IMG/VR virus record: IMGVR_UViG_3300032092_000037
Span: 1 to 55,633 of that record
Strand: one strand, 5' to 3'
Origin: a virus
Taxonomy: Duplodnaviria > Caudoviricetes
Length of the DNA stretch: 55,633 nt
Shown here: positions 43,939 to 53,659 of the stretch, piece after piece
How positions within the stretch are numbered: position 1 is the first letter of the stretch
Layout: each line of letters opens with the position of its first letter
Program-made: the position numbers and the translations under genes
The notes under the pieces: generated by a model
Database searches by the model: none
The model's input: only the letters and a program-made list of their open reading frames with translations
Told to the model about the DNA's origin: nothing

Positions 43939-46900
43939 ATGGCCTACATCCCATTTTTGACCAACCTGATCGGCATCGGCGGCAGTGTCGAGGCGGGCGG
44001 GCTGCTCTACACATATACGCGCGGGACTACGACTCCGCTGCCTGTCTATTCAGATGCGGGTGTCACCCCTGAAACCAATCCGGTTGTGGCGGATTCGCTT
44101 GGTCAACTGTCGATTTATTATAGTGACACGCAAGAGTTTAGCTGGACGGCAAAAACAGCAGATGGGGCAACGACACTTTGGAGCGCTGATGTCGTTGGAT
44201 CGACGCTCACTTTTACATACCTGAATGACGCCTACGTCCCCTTCGACACGGGCCGCATCAATGTCCGCAATTACGAGGTCAGCGGACAGACAGACTGGAC
44301 GACGGCAATCGAACTTGCAGCCGCAGCGGCCTATGCCTCGGGCAAGGCGCTGTGGTTCCCGGCGGATGACACGGCCTATGTCACCGACTGCCAGGAGTTC
44401 GCCAGCGCAATCAACATCCTGCTCGACCCTGGCGCGACGGTCCAGCTCAAGGCAAGCGCGACGCTGGACAGCAATGCGCTCTACATCTTCCGCCTCCGTG
44501 CATCGAACTCGTCCATCGTCGGCGGGACGTTCGATTTCAACCGCGCCAACCAGGATCGGTCAGCGTACAATACTGCCGGCGGCGCAGCGGTTCGCTCCTA
44601 CTGGGGCGTTGTGGCGCTTGGAACCTCCGCGACGCATATCGAAAACGTCAGGATAAACACCACGGTCATCAACGCTGCCGACTACGGCGTGGCGTTCCAG
44701 TACGTGGATAACTACGACTCGGACGTGGAGGTTCGCACGTCAGGATCGGGCGTGCTGATCAAGGACTGCGACGGCGGCATCAGCCGGCGGGCGCGCATCT
44801 CTGATCTCGACAACAGCGACTGGAAAATCTACCCGCACGCATTCGACGTCTACAACTGCGACGGCGGCCAGATCGACAATATCGAGATCATCGATCAGGC
44901 CGGATACGACACATCCTCCGGCAACTCGCTGAGCGACTGGTTCAGCGGCGTCACGATGGCCGACAATGACAACCTCAGCGGCTCGAACTGGTACGTCGCT
45001 GCGAAGAACGACACGACGATGACCAAGAGCGTCGGCGTTTCGATGCTCGGCCTCACCAAGTCCAATTTCTCGAACATCACGATCAGGCGCTACACGTCTG
45101 TCAACTGGGAGATCGGCGCGCTCGACAACTGCAACTTCACCAACGTCTATGGCGATGGCGAGTACATGACGACATCGCTCTGGGCGGGCGAGGCGCAGCA
45201 GGGCTGTCACGTTCTCAATCAGGGCCTGTATTCCAACCTCACCAGCCGTATTCGCCGGCCGGTGATGAACTGCACGTTCACCGACGTTGAGATGACGCGG
45301 ATGCTCGCCAAGGGCCTGCTGGTCTATGTGGCGATGGATTGCCGGTGGATCGGGGGCCGGTTCAACGGCAACCAGTACGGCATCGACCTCCGGTCGGATT
45401 CGCAGAACGGGTCTTTCCCGACGCCGGAAACGCAGACGACGGCGCGGCTCCGGTTCATTGGCGTCGAGGCAAAGTGGAACGAGATCGCCGGCTTCTGGAA
45501 TGGCGGATCAACAGACGTTTTCTGCGAGGCCTGCGATTTCTCGAACAACGGCCAGGCGGTCAACAATACCGCCGACGCCCTGCGCCTGTCAGGCACATAT
45601 TCAAGCCCGACGGCGGGCTATTACGGCAACGATTCCGCCACGACTGTCGCGCGGACGCGCCCGGTCCTGTCCAACTGCATCATGCAGGACGACCAGACCG
45701 TTACCAGCCGGTTCGGGTCGGTTGATCCGTCAGCGCCGACGATTGTTTCGGTCGAGAACCCGGAACTGTATGCATTCGGCCAGACGGTCACGATCAACAA
45801 TGGCGCGACCGGCCCGGCTGATCTCATTGCGCAGATCCGCGACATCAACAATGACGAGCTGACGCTATCGACGGCGATGACCAATTTCCCGCTTGTGGCG
45901 GGGACGGGCACGATCACCACCAGCAGCACGGCTATCACGTTCTCGTCCGACCAGAGCGCCATCATCACGGGCCGGATGTGGATCAAGAACAGCACAAACT
46001 ATCGCCGCGTCATTGCGGTTGCTGCTGGCGGGCTGAGCGGTACGCTCGAAAGCGCTTTCCCGGCCAACCTCACGGCTGCCAGCTTCGATATCGTCAAGAC
46101 CGAAGTCGAGCAGATGCGATCGCAGGACTATGGCGTTTACACGCTGTCCTCGACGCGCGACGACGGATTGCGGGTGATTGATCCGCACTGGGGGGTCGGC
46201 AACAAGACGGCTCACTACAGCGTCGCGGGCTCCACCTACTGGGGCGATGTCCTGTCATTCGCAACCTATGCGGAGATGCAGGAGTACAATCCGCGCAATG
46301 GCCAGATCGTCAACGTGCTGGGCCGGACCACGGCAGGGCGCGGCGGCGGGCAGTTCCGGTTCACGACGACCAGTTCCACCACGCCGGTCACGAACGATCC
46401 TCAACAGGGCGTCTATGTTCCGCCCGCATCGGACACCAGCGGCGCGTCAGGTGTATGGATCAGGGTGCTGAGCAACTATCGCCTTGTCACGCCGGAAATG
46501 TTCGGCGCTACGGGCGATGGAAGCACGGACGATTATACGCCACTGCAAGCGGCGATCGACTGGCTGGAAATCACGCAGACCGGGAAATATCGCGGTGGCA
46601 CGCTGCTGCTGACATCGCGCTATGCGACCAGCGACAACCTGCTGATTGATGATACAGGCATCACGATTGCGGGGGATGGCTCAGAACGTTCGGCGGCGGC
46701 CTCATCCGTCAACACATCGCCGCTGATCATCGGCACCAAGACGACGGAGCCGGTCATTCTGGTGCGCGCGTCTGATACCAAGCTAAAAGGCTTCAACGTC
46801 GGAGCCTCGGCTGCACGCGTTGCGGGCACGACATCGACTGGTGACAACACAGTCTGCGGCATCATGATTGCCACGGCTGACACGGGCGGCGCTGCGTCCA

Positions 46901-47871
46901 TGGTCCGCATTTATCTCGAGGATATCGTTGTCCGCGATCAGGTGGACGATGGCATTCACATATGCGGTGAAATCGCAAGCGTGACCATGGAGCGTGTGGC
47001 GGTCAAGGACAACGCTCGCCATGGTTTCCACATCGACGACGGTACTCTGGCGGCGCGGTCAAATCTGGCACGCCCCGGCATCATCACCATGACCGATTGC
47101 CGCGCCGTGGACTCGGGCGGTTACGGCATCGCCTGCGGCCATCCGAGCGACTCGACCAACGCGCCCTACCGTCTCGTGCTCACCAACTTCGAGGGATACC
47201 GGAACGGTCTTACGAGCGGCAAGCTGTACTCGACCTATGAGAGCTGCCACTTCCTGCGCGGTGAGCAGATTGTCTCCATCGGCTGTGCCTTTGCAGGCAC
47301 GGGCGCGGGCAACGTTGCGGCGCGTTCGTGCGTGCTTGTCTCTGCGGCGGATGCCCAATTCGAGAGCTGCCGCTATATCGAAGCGTCCGGCTCGCACTTC
47401 GTCAGCATTCAGGACATTGCCGGGTTCTCGACGCGCTTCGTCCGTTTCGAGGGCGGGGCTGCTTCAGTCTCCGGTTCCGCGCTGTCCTACTTCGCCACCA
47501 TCGAGGCGGGCTCGCTTCAATGCCGGATCGACAACGTGCGTGGCATCGTCAACGAATACACCGCCACCAGCGACCGCGAGACGCTCACCATCGCCTCCGG
47601 CGTCATTGCCGCCATCTTCGAGCATCATCTCGTTGACACCGAGGCCGCAGCCGCAACCGACGATATCGACACGATCAATGGCGGCATTCAGGACCAGATC
47701 GTGCGCTTCCGCTCCGTAAACTCTGGCCGCGATCCAGTCTTCAAGAACGGCACCGGCAACATCGTCTGCGGGGCAGACCGCACGCTGTCCAATCTCGCTG
47801 ATGAGATCGCATTCCGGTACGACGCCACAGCGGCCAAGTGGAACATGCTTTACTTCGGAGACAATGCCTGA
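43939..47871 (+). CDS. Tailspike with head-binding domain and two beta-helix regions
   Basis: LYTYTRGTTTP...NPVVADSLG N-terminus; DWTTAIE...LWFP and a second start PEMFGATGDGSTDDYTPLQAAID; Asn/Gly/Cys ladder repeats. Confidence 0.85.
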   Translation: MAYIPFLTNLIGIGGSVEAGGLLYTYTRGTTTPLPVYSDAGVTPETNPVVADSLGQLSIYYSDTQEFSWTAKTADGATTLWSADVVGSTLTFTYLNDAYVPFDTGRINVRNYEVSGQTDWTTAIELAAAAAYASGKALWFPADDTAYVTDCQEFASAINILLDPGATVQLKASATLDSNALYIFRLRASNSSIVGGTFDFNRANQDRSAYNTAGGAAVRSYWGVVALGTSATHIENVRINTTVINAADYGVAFQYVDNYDSDVEVRTSGSGVLIKDCDGGISRRARISDLDNSDWKIYPHAFDVYNCDGGQIDNIEIIDQAGYDTSSGNSLSDWFSGVTMADNDNLSGSNWYVAAKNDTTMTKSVGVSMLGLTKSNFSNITIRRYTSVNWEIGALDNCNFTNVYGDGEYMTTSLWAGEAQQGCHVLNQGLYSNLTSRIRRPVMNCTFTDVEMTRMLAKGLLVYVAMDCRWIGGRFNGNQYGIDLRSDSQNGSFPTPETQTTARLRFIGVEAKWNEIAGFWNGGSTDVFCEACDFSNNGQAVNNTADALRLSGTYSSPTAGYYGNDSATTVARTRPVLSNCIMQDDQTVTSRFGSVDPSAPTIVSVENPELYAFGQTVTINNGATGPADLIAQIRDINNDELTLSTAMTNFPLVAGTGTITTSSTAITFSSDQSAIITGRMWIKNSTNYRRVIAVAAGGLSGTLESAFPANLTAASFDIVKTEVEQMRSQDYGVYTLSSTRDDGLRVIDPHWGVGNKTAHYSVAGSTYWGDVLSFATYAEMQEYNPRNGQIVNVLGRTTAGRGGGQFRFTTTSSTTPVTNDPQQGVYVPPASDTSGASGVWIRVLSNYRLVTPEMFGATGDGSTDDYTPLQAAIDWLEITQTGKYRGGTLLLTSRYATSDNLLIDDTGITIAGDGSERSAAASSVNTSPLIIGTKTTEPVILVRASDTKLKGFNVGASAARVAGTTSTGDNTVCGIMIATADTGGAASMVRIYLEDIVVRDQVDDGIHICGEIASVTMERVAVKDNARHGFHIDDGTLAARSNLARPGIITMTDCRAVDSGGYGIACGHPSDSTNAPYRLVLTNFEGYRNGLTSGKLYSTYESCHFLRGEQIVSIGCAFAGTGAGNVAARSCVLVSAADAQFESCRYIEASGSHFVSIQDIAGFSTRFVRFEGGAASVSGSALSYFATIEAGSLQCRIDNVRGIVNEYTATSDRETLTIASGVIAAIFEHHLVDTEAAAATDDIDTINGGIQDQIVRFRSVNSGRDPVFKNGTGNIVCGADRTLSNLADEIAFRYDATAAKWNMLYFGDNA

Positions 47872-48716
47872 TGATCCCGCAAGACAACGTCTCTGAAACG
47901 GGCCAGGTTCTGGCGTGGATGGATGGCGATGTCATCTGCCTGCACTGGATTGTCTGCCGCTTCTCGAAATCGCTTCAGAGGTGGGAGACCTACGACGAAG
48001 CCGACGCGCGGCTGCGTGAGGAGGCCGGAGCGCCTGACAATGCGCTTGTGGTCAACGAGAACGATCTTCCCCCGAAAGCGGCCCGGCATTCAGCCATCAT
48101 CCGCGAAGGCCGTGTCGTGGCCTCGCCCTCATGGCGATTGCTGCAATGGCAGCGGAAGGTTGACGCCAGGCTGGCCGAGGCTGATGCAAAGGGCGGCCCC
48201 CGCGCCATGCGGGAAGCGCTGGCAATGTCCAGCCCGCGCATTGCTCATATCGAGGCATGGGCCGTGGAACTGCGCGGGCTGACATGGGACGGCGAGGGTG
48301 ACGAACCGCCCATTCCGGAGCTTGGGCCTTTTGTCGAGCGCAAGCCCGTCATTCAGGAGCCCGAGCGCCGGCGGGACGACCTCCTGGACTTCGACGACGC
48401 AATCCGCGACCTGCCTCCGATACCGGATGACCTGTCGCAACTGATGACCGGCGACGAGACGCTTGGCCGGGCTGTCGAGCGCCTGACGCCGGGTGTCGAT
48501 GAGCTTCTGGATATGGCTTCGGCGCTGTCTGAGTCATCGCTTGAAACGGCTATTGCCACCATTCCGCCGGAGCGGGTCAACGAGTGGACCGAGAAGCTGA
48601 TTACCGAGAAGGCGAGGCTGCGTCTGTTGCGCGGCACCGATCTCGAGAACTTCCCGCGCGAGAACCTCGTCAATCGCGTGCAGACCATGTTTGCGCAAGT
48701 GGGCGCCAAACGATGA
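47871..48716 (+). CDS. Hypothetical protein (possible tailspike chaperone)
   Basis: TGATG coupling to the tailspike gene. Confidence 0.6.
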   Translation: MIPQDNVSETGQVLAWMDGDVICLHWIVCRFSKSLQRWETYDEADARLREEAGAPDNALVVNENDLPPKAARHSAIIREGRVVASPSWRLLQWQRKVDARLAEADAKGGPRAMREALAMSSPRIAHIEAWAVELRGLTWDGEGDEPPIPELGPFVERKPVIQEPERRRDDLLDFDDAIRDLPPIPDDLSQLMTGDETLGRAVERLTPGVDELLDMASALSESSLETAIATIPPERVNEWTEKLITEKARLRLLRGTDLENFPRENLVNRVQTMFAQVGAKR

Positions 48717-48737
48717 TTTTGACAGGGGCTGGGCGCA

Positions 48738-49166
48738 ATGGAAATACTGCTGAAGGAACAGCTTGAGCTTCAGAAGCGCACGGCTGAGCGGACGGACTGG
48801 GACAAGATCGCGGCTTTGCAGGAAGCCGTTTCCGTCCTGAAGTCGCGCTTTGAGGGCGCGCTGGACAGCATCCGCGAAAGGCTTGGGGATGCTGTGGGCG
48901 ATGAAGATATCAAGGAACTGAAACGAGAGTGGGAGACGGCATTGCGTGAAGCAATAAACGGCATCCGCGAACACTTCGCGACGGCGAACGAGAACCAGTC
49001 ACATGCGCTTCTGGCGCAGGTCGAGCTGATGCTTGCGCGCGACCGGGAAGCGGCGGCGAACGAAGCAAAGAAGACGCGACAGCAATTCCTGTTCCTGATC
49101 CTCGGGGCGGTGCTGTCAATTTTGGGCGCGCTGTTTGTGTTTTGGGAGACGACCGCGCGCCTGTAG
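48738..49166 (+). CDS. Coiled-coil protein with C-terminal TM (holin-like position)
   Basis: Helical charged body and FLFLILGAVLSILGALFVFW. Confidence 0.65.
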   Translation: MEILLKEQLELQKRTAERTDWDKIAALQEAVSVLKSRFEGALDSIRERLGDAVGDEDIKELKREWETALREAINGIREHFATANENQSHALLAQVELMLARDREAAANEAKKTRQQFLFLILGAVLSILGALFVFWETTARL

Positions 49167-49185
49167 CGCCAACGGAGGGCTGGGA

Positions 49186-50388
49186 ATGGGCAAGTTTCTA
49201 GACAAGTTCCTTGAGTTCAAGAACGAGGCCGATGCAACGCGCAAGTTCGCGCTGTTCGCCGTCGTCATCATCACTTTCGGTCTGGCTTCGTTGTCCGTTA
49301 CGGGCATCGTTGCGACCGCCAACTGGAACTGGCTGAGCGCCCTTCCCATCATCGGCATGATTGTGGCCGTGCTGGGCGCGGAGCTTCTGGCGACGGTCGC
49401 CTTTATCCGCATGCTGACCGCATCGACCCGCTGGCGCAAGGTGGCCGGCGCGCTGATCTTTGTTGGCCTTGCTGCGGTCGGTGTGAAGAATGCCGAGAAC
49501 GGCGCCCATGTGGTGTGGCCGGATCGCTTTGCCGAAAGCTCCTCGTCTCTGGCCGCCAAAGCTCAGCTTGCAGGCGAGGAAGCCGGGACGCTGGGCGAAG
49601 CTCAGCAGGCGGCCATCAGCGGGACCGGCGCCGAACTGGAGCGCGTCAGGACGCAGATCGCCAATCTGGAAGTCGAACAGCGCAAGATGGCGGCGCAGTC
49701 GCCCGAAGGCGTTGCCGAAGCGCAGGCTCTGCTGCTGGCCCAAGGCAAGTATTTCGGCAGGGTCGATGGCATTCGGCAGGACTTGACCGAGGCGGCCATG
49801 CGCCGGCGTGGCGAGGAGATCGGCGCGGAACTGGCCGTGCTCAAGGCGCGCGAGACAGGGCTGTTGGCAGGGCAGGCGAGCCCGGTCCAGCAGGCAACCA
49901 CAGACAAGCGCCTGTTGCAGATCGAGCAGGCCGATGCGGCCAGTGCTGCCTTCTGGGCATGGTTCTGGCTCATCCTCATGCTCTGCGTGCTGGAAACTGC
50001 CCGCTCGCTGTCCCTCTGGGCGCTCATCACCGACATCAGCGCGAATGACGCCAAGCGCGACCGGGAGCGTTCGGACGAACTGGCCGAACTACGCCACCGC
50101 AAGGAAGTGGCGGACATGTTGGCGTCAATGGCCCCAGCAGCCCCGCCTGTCGCGGCTGAGCCTCCCCCGGCCCCACCCCCACCCCCGGAGCCAGAACCCG
50201 CACCAGCGGCCCCGCCAGAGCCAGAGCCCATTGTTCTGGTCGATCCCCCGGCCCCAGTGAACCAATCCGCCCGCAAAGGCGGAAAGAACTCGTCCATGAA
50301 GAAAGCCGCAGCCAAAGCGGCGCGTAACCGCGTGTTGATCCTTGCTGACCGCAGCAATGCACAAGCCATGAAGGTTGCCGCAGAATGA
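49186..50388 (+). CDS. Membrane protein: 3 TM, coiled coil with PG-binding-like tip, TM, Pro-rich tail
   Basis: GGAGGG SD; VAEAQALL..QGKYFGRVDGI...TEAAMR resembles PG_binding_1. Confidence 0.7.
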   Translation: MGKFLDKFLEFKNEADATRKFALFAVVIITFGLASLSVTGIVATANWNWLSALPIIGMIVAVLGAELLATVAFIRMLTASTRWRKVAGALIFVGLAAVGVKNAENGAHVVWPDRFAESSSSLAAKAQLAGEEAGTLGEAQQAAISGTGAELERVRTQIANLEVEQRKMAAQSPEGVAEAQALLLAQGKYFGRVDGIRQDLTEAAMRRRGEEIGAELAVLKARETGLLAGQASPVQQATTDKRLLQIEQADAASAAFWAWFWLILMLCVLETARSLSLWALITDISANDAKRDRERSDELAELRHRKEVADMLASMAPAAPPVAAEPPPAPPPPPEPEPAPAAPPEPEPIVLVDPPAPVNQSARKGGKNSSMKKAAAKAARNRVLILADRSNAQAMKVAAE

Positions 50389-51902
50389 AAGACTGGCTCG
50401 CTGTGGACCTCGGAACTCGCAACTCAGCCGTTGGCTATTACGGCCCGCGCGGTCCAGAAGTTCTCAAGGTGGACGGAGAGGTGCTTGTGCCCTCGGCCGT
50501 CATGCTTGTCCCCAAAGATGATCCTGCGCAGCCGTGGGAGATGGTGGTCGGCCAGCGCGCCCTTCGCGCCCGCGAACGCTCGCCCCGTTCGCCCTACTGC
50601 TTCACCAGCTTCAAGCGCCAGCTCGGTGCGGTTTACAACCGCGAGGAAGCTGTTCCCGAGCAGATGGTCCCGGCGGATGACGGGATGCTGCATTATGAGG
50701 GCCCCAATGGGCACACATACCCGCCGGAGGAACTGTGCTGCGAAATCCTCGCCTACCTCAAGGAATCTGCTGAGGCGAAACTCGGGAAGATAATCAACCA
50801 GGCCATCATCTGTGTCCCGGCAAGCTACAACATCGCCCAGCGGAACGCGCTCCGCAAGGCGGCAGCCATGGCGGGGTTCGATGAGATCGAGCTTCTGGAC
50901 GAGCCCGTCGCTGCGGCGATTGCCCACGGCTTTCAGGAAGACGCTGACACGGTGAGCCGCATCTTTGTTGTGGACGTCGGGGCGGGAACAACGGACACGG
51001 CAGCGTTCGAGATTGGCGGCGGCCTGTTCCGCGTGCTTGGCACAAACGGCGCGGCGCTCGTCGGCGGTGATGATTGGGATCGCCGGTTGCGCAGCTACAT
51101 CCTTGGCCTGCACGAGTTCGAGCACGAGAACTCCGAACTCACCACGAAGCCGGACGCGATGCGAATGTTGCTGGTCGAGGCCGAGAAGGCCAAACGTCGC
51201 CTGTCGGAAGACCAGCTTACAGAGTTCCGCGTCGAGGACATCGATATCGACAAGAAAACGGGAGAGGATGTCCACGTCATCCAGAAGGTGAGCCGCGACC
51301 ACATGGACGAGGCGACCAAGGAGCTTCTGGGCGACATCGAGGATGCGATGGCGCGCACCATGGCGCAGGCCAAGGAAAAGGACCCACGCTTTTCGATCAA
51401 CGATATCGACGCGGTTATTCTGGTCGGCGGCCAGACGCGCGTCCAGGCTATCCAGAGAAAGGTCGCGCATTTCTTCGGCAAGGCCCCGCGCTCTGATGTG
51501 GACCCGGAACTGGCGGTCGTGCTGGGCGCGGCGGTCAAGGCCGGCATCCGCGAAGGGCGTCTGGCCAGCATCACGCTGGAGCATATCACCTCGCACAGCT
51601 TCTCCATCGAGACGCATGACAAGCCGGAAGACGTGGCGACCGAGATTGTCCGCAAGGGCACAGCCTACGGAACGAAGGCTACGTGGTGGCTGCGTCCACG
51701 TGGGGACGAAGGCCAGTCGATCATGACGCTTCGGCTGCTTCAGGGCGACTTCAAGGAGCCGCATATGAACCTGCTGGTTTGGGAGCATCAGATCCCGTTT
51801 GATCCCGATGCCGTTGAAGATGTCCAGATGGATGTCGAGATCGGCCCATCAGGCGAGCCTATCATTGATGTTGCGGGCGTATCATTCGGCAGGGTGACAT
51901 GA
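50385..51902 (+). CDS. Hsp70/DnaK-family ATPase lacking the helical lid
   Basis: AVDLGTRNS, VPSAV, SFKRQLG, AIICVPA, DEPVAAA, VDVGAGTTD, GGDDWD, AEKAKRRLS, VILVGGQTR, linker ITSHSFSIET; 505 aa. Confidence 0.92.
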   Translation: MKDWLAVDLGTRNSAVGYYGPRGPEVLKVDGEVLVPSAVMLVPKDDPAQPWEMVVGQRALRARERSPRSPYCFTSFKRQLGAVYNREEAVPEQMVPADDGMLHYEGPNGHTYPPEELCCEILAYLKESAEAKLGKIINQAIICVPASYNIAQRNALRKAAAMAGFDEIELLDEPVAAAIAHGFQEDADTVSRIFVVDVGAGTTDTAAFEIGGGLFRVLGTNGAALVGGDDWDRRLRSYILGLHEFEHENSELTTKPDAMRMLLVEAEKAKRRLSEDQLTEFRVEDIDIDKKTGEDVHVIQKVSRDHMDEATKELLGDIEDAMARTMAQAKEKDPRFSINDIDAVILVGGQTRVQAIQRKVAHFFGKAPRSDVDPELAVVLGAAVKAGIREGRLASITLEHITSHSFSIETHDKPEDVATEIVRKGTAYGTKATWWLRPRGDEGQSIMTLRLLQGDFKEPHMNLLVWEHQIPFDPDAVEDVQMDVEIGPSGEPIIDVAGVSFGRVT

Positions 51903-53149
51903 ACGACGCGTTGCATGTTGGCGAATGGTTCTTTCGCGAAATCGACGAGTTCGAGAACGCGCCGCACGATTGCAGGCAGACAGCGGACGGATGCGCACTG
52001 GATGCGTATTTGTGCCCAAGCGACCAGTGGACCATTGGCGATGGCTGCTGCTTCTGGGAGGATGGCCGTCCGGTCAAAAAGGGCGATACGCTGCCCGATG
52101 ATGAGACGCTGCCCGAGCGTCGCCGCAAGCTTCTCGCCTTCAATGCCAAGTATTGCGAGGAGTATGTCCGCAGGCACGTCACGGTTCCGCTCAACCAGAA
52201 CCAGTTTGATGTGCTGTGCAGCTTCCGCTTTAACACGCGCGAGACGACGCTGAGCGGATCGTCGCGGTTGCTTCCTGCGATCAATGCGCAGAAGTGGCAG
52301 GACGCTGCGATTGCCATGACAGAGTTTGTCTATGGCTCCGGCTCCAAACGCGGGCCAGCAACACTGCCGCCGAAGGGCTGGGACGTTGCGAAGATCGGCG
52401 GCGAATGGTGGGCGATTCCGCCTGAGCACATGACGGGCGCCGAGCGCGTGTCGCTGGGACCGGAAGAGAAGACCTACCCCTACCAGGACGCGCACCGAGG
52501 CCTGCTGCGCCGTCGCCTCTGGGGCGCCCTTGTGTTTCTCGGATACGATCCGCGCGATGTCACGAAAGACAATGACGTGGCGCTGCCGACAAAGGCCAAG
52601 CTGCTGTCGTCTGGCGTCTGGCGCGACAAGATCAGCGAGGAGGGGCTGACCACACTGGCGCATGTTCGCGCGCGCGCATCGCTTCTGCCGCCTTCAGAGC
52701 TTGTCCTTTCCACCCCCATCAAAGCTGAGCCTGTCAGCGTCCCTGCAGGAACAGCGGGTCAGCCGGAGCGCCCCCCCCAACCCAGCGCTCCGGCTGTACC
52801 TGCACAGAAACCCGCTGCTGCGTCCCCGGCAGCGGCCTCGGCGGCGAGCCCCGGCGTATCTCAGGGCTCGCCGCCACCAGTTGTGAACGTGCCTGCGAAG
52901 GTCGCGCCTCCACCGCTTCCGAAGGATGCAGCGCCAGCGAGCATCGAGCCTAAGGACATGATCCTTAGCAAACGTTTCTGGGGCCTCACGGTCACAGCGC
53001 TGGGGACGACCAACCTCCTGCCGCAAGCCGCGCAAACGTGGATCAGCAACGAAGGCAATCGCGAACTGATCACATGGCTCGTCGTCGTGCTGATCGGCTT
53101 TGCGCTCTACAAGTATGGTCAGCACAAAGCGCGGAAGCCGCTCAAATGA
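51899..53149 (+). CDS. GH24 lysozyme endolysin with Pro/Ala linker and two C-terminal TM helices
   Basis: FE...AYLCPSDQWTIG, PLNQNQFDVLCSF.FN, GLLRRR; C-terminal SKRFWGL... Confidence 0.85.
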   Translation: MNDALHVGEWFFREIDEFENAPHDCRQTADGCALDAYLCPSDQWTIGDGCCFWEDGRPVKKGDTLPDDETLPERRRKLLAFNAKYCEEYVRRHVTVPLNQNQFDVLCSFRFNTRETTLSGSSRLLPAINAQKWQDAAIAMTEFVYGSGSKRGPATLPPKGWDVAKIGGEWWAIPPEHMTGAERVSLGPEEKTYPYQDAHRGLLRRRLWGALVFLGYDPRDVTKDNDVALPTKAKLLSSGVWRDKISEEGLTTLAHVRARASLLPPSELVLSTPIKAEPVSVPAGTAGQPERPPQPSAPAVPAQKPAAASPAAASAASPGVSQGSPPPVVNVPAKVAPPPLPKDAAPASIEPKDMILSKRFWGLTVTALGTTNLLPQAAQTWISNEGNRELITWLVVVLIGFALYKYGQHKARKPLK

Positions 53150-53454
53150 ACATTGCAGCGATCGGCACCGGCATTTGGTCGTTTCTGAAGCGAATCCCCG
53201 ACTGGGTGCTCTGGACCATCGCCGCTCTCGTGTTCCTCAAGTTCGTGGACATCAATGCCGAGCGGCGCGGCCGGCGGAAGGAAGCGGACAAGCGCGACCG
53301 CGAGGCGCTGGAAGTCGAGCGTGAAGTTGTCAGCAACATTCAGGAGAATACCGATGAAGCCATTCGCAGCGCTGATGCTGTGCGCGAGCATACCTCTGCT
53401 AGCGTCCTGCCAGACGGAACCGCAACCCTCCCGGACGCTCATTACCGCGACTGA
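53146..53454 (+). CDS. i-spanin (Rz-like)
   Basis: N-terminal TM then charged helix; follows the endolysin. Confidence 0.65.
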   Translation: MNIAAIGTGIWSFLKRIPDWVLWTIAALVFLKFVDINAERRGRRKEADKRDREALEVEREVVSNIQENTDEAIRSADAVREHTSASVLPDGTATLPDAHYRD

Positions 53455-53629
53455 TCGTGCCGTGTGGCGCGAGGCGCTTTGCTCGACCGGCAAGGCAATC
53501 CTGGTTTCGCGCGGCGATGTCCTGACCGTCGCAACAGCCGAGCAGATCGGGGACCACAATACGGTTTTGTGGTGCGAGTGCCCGCACCTGAGGCCTGCAA
53601 CTTTCGACGACGGCGTTTGCCGCGTCTAA
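53354..53629 (+). CDS. o-spanin lipoprotein (Rz1-like)
   Basis: AGGAG SD; lipobox LLASC; overlaps the Rz-like gene in another frame. Confidence 0.7.
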   Translation: MKPFAALMLCASIPLLASCQTEPQPSRTLITATDRAVWREALCSTGKAILVSRGDVLTVATAEQIGDHNTVLWCECPHLRPATFDDGVCRV

Positions 53630-53659
53630 CCGCCGCTCGTCGGCATTCATAGAGGAGAC

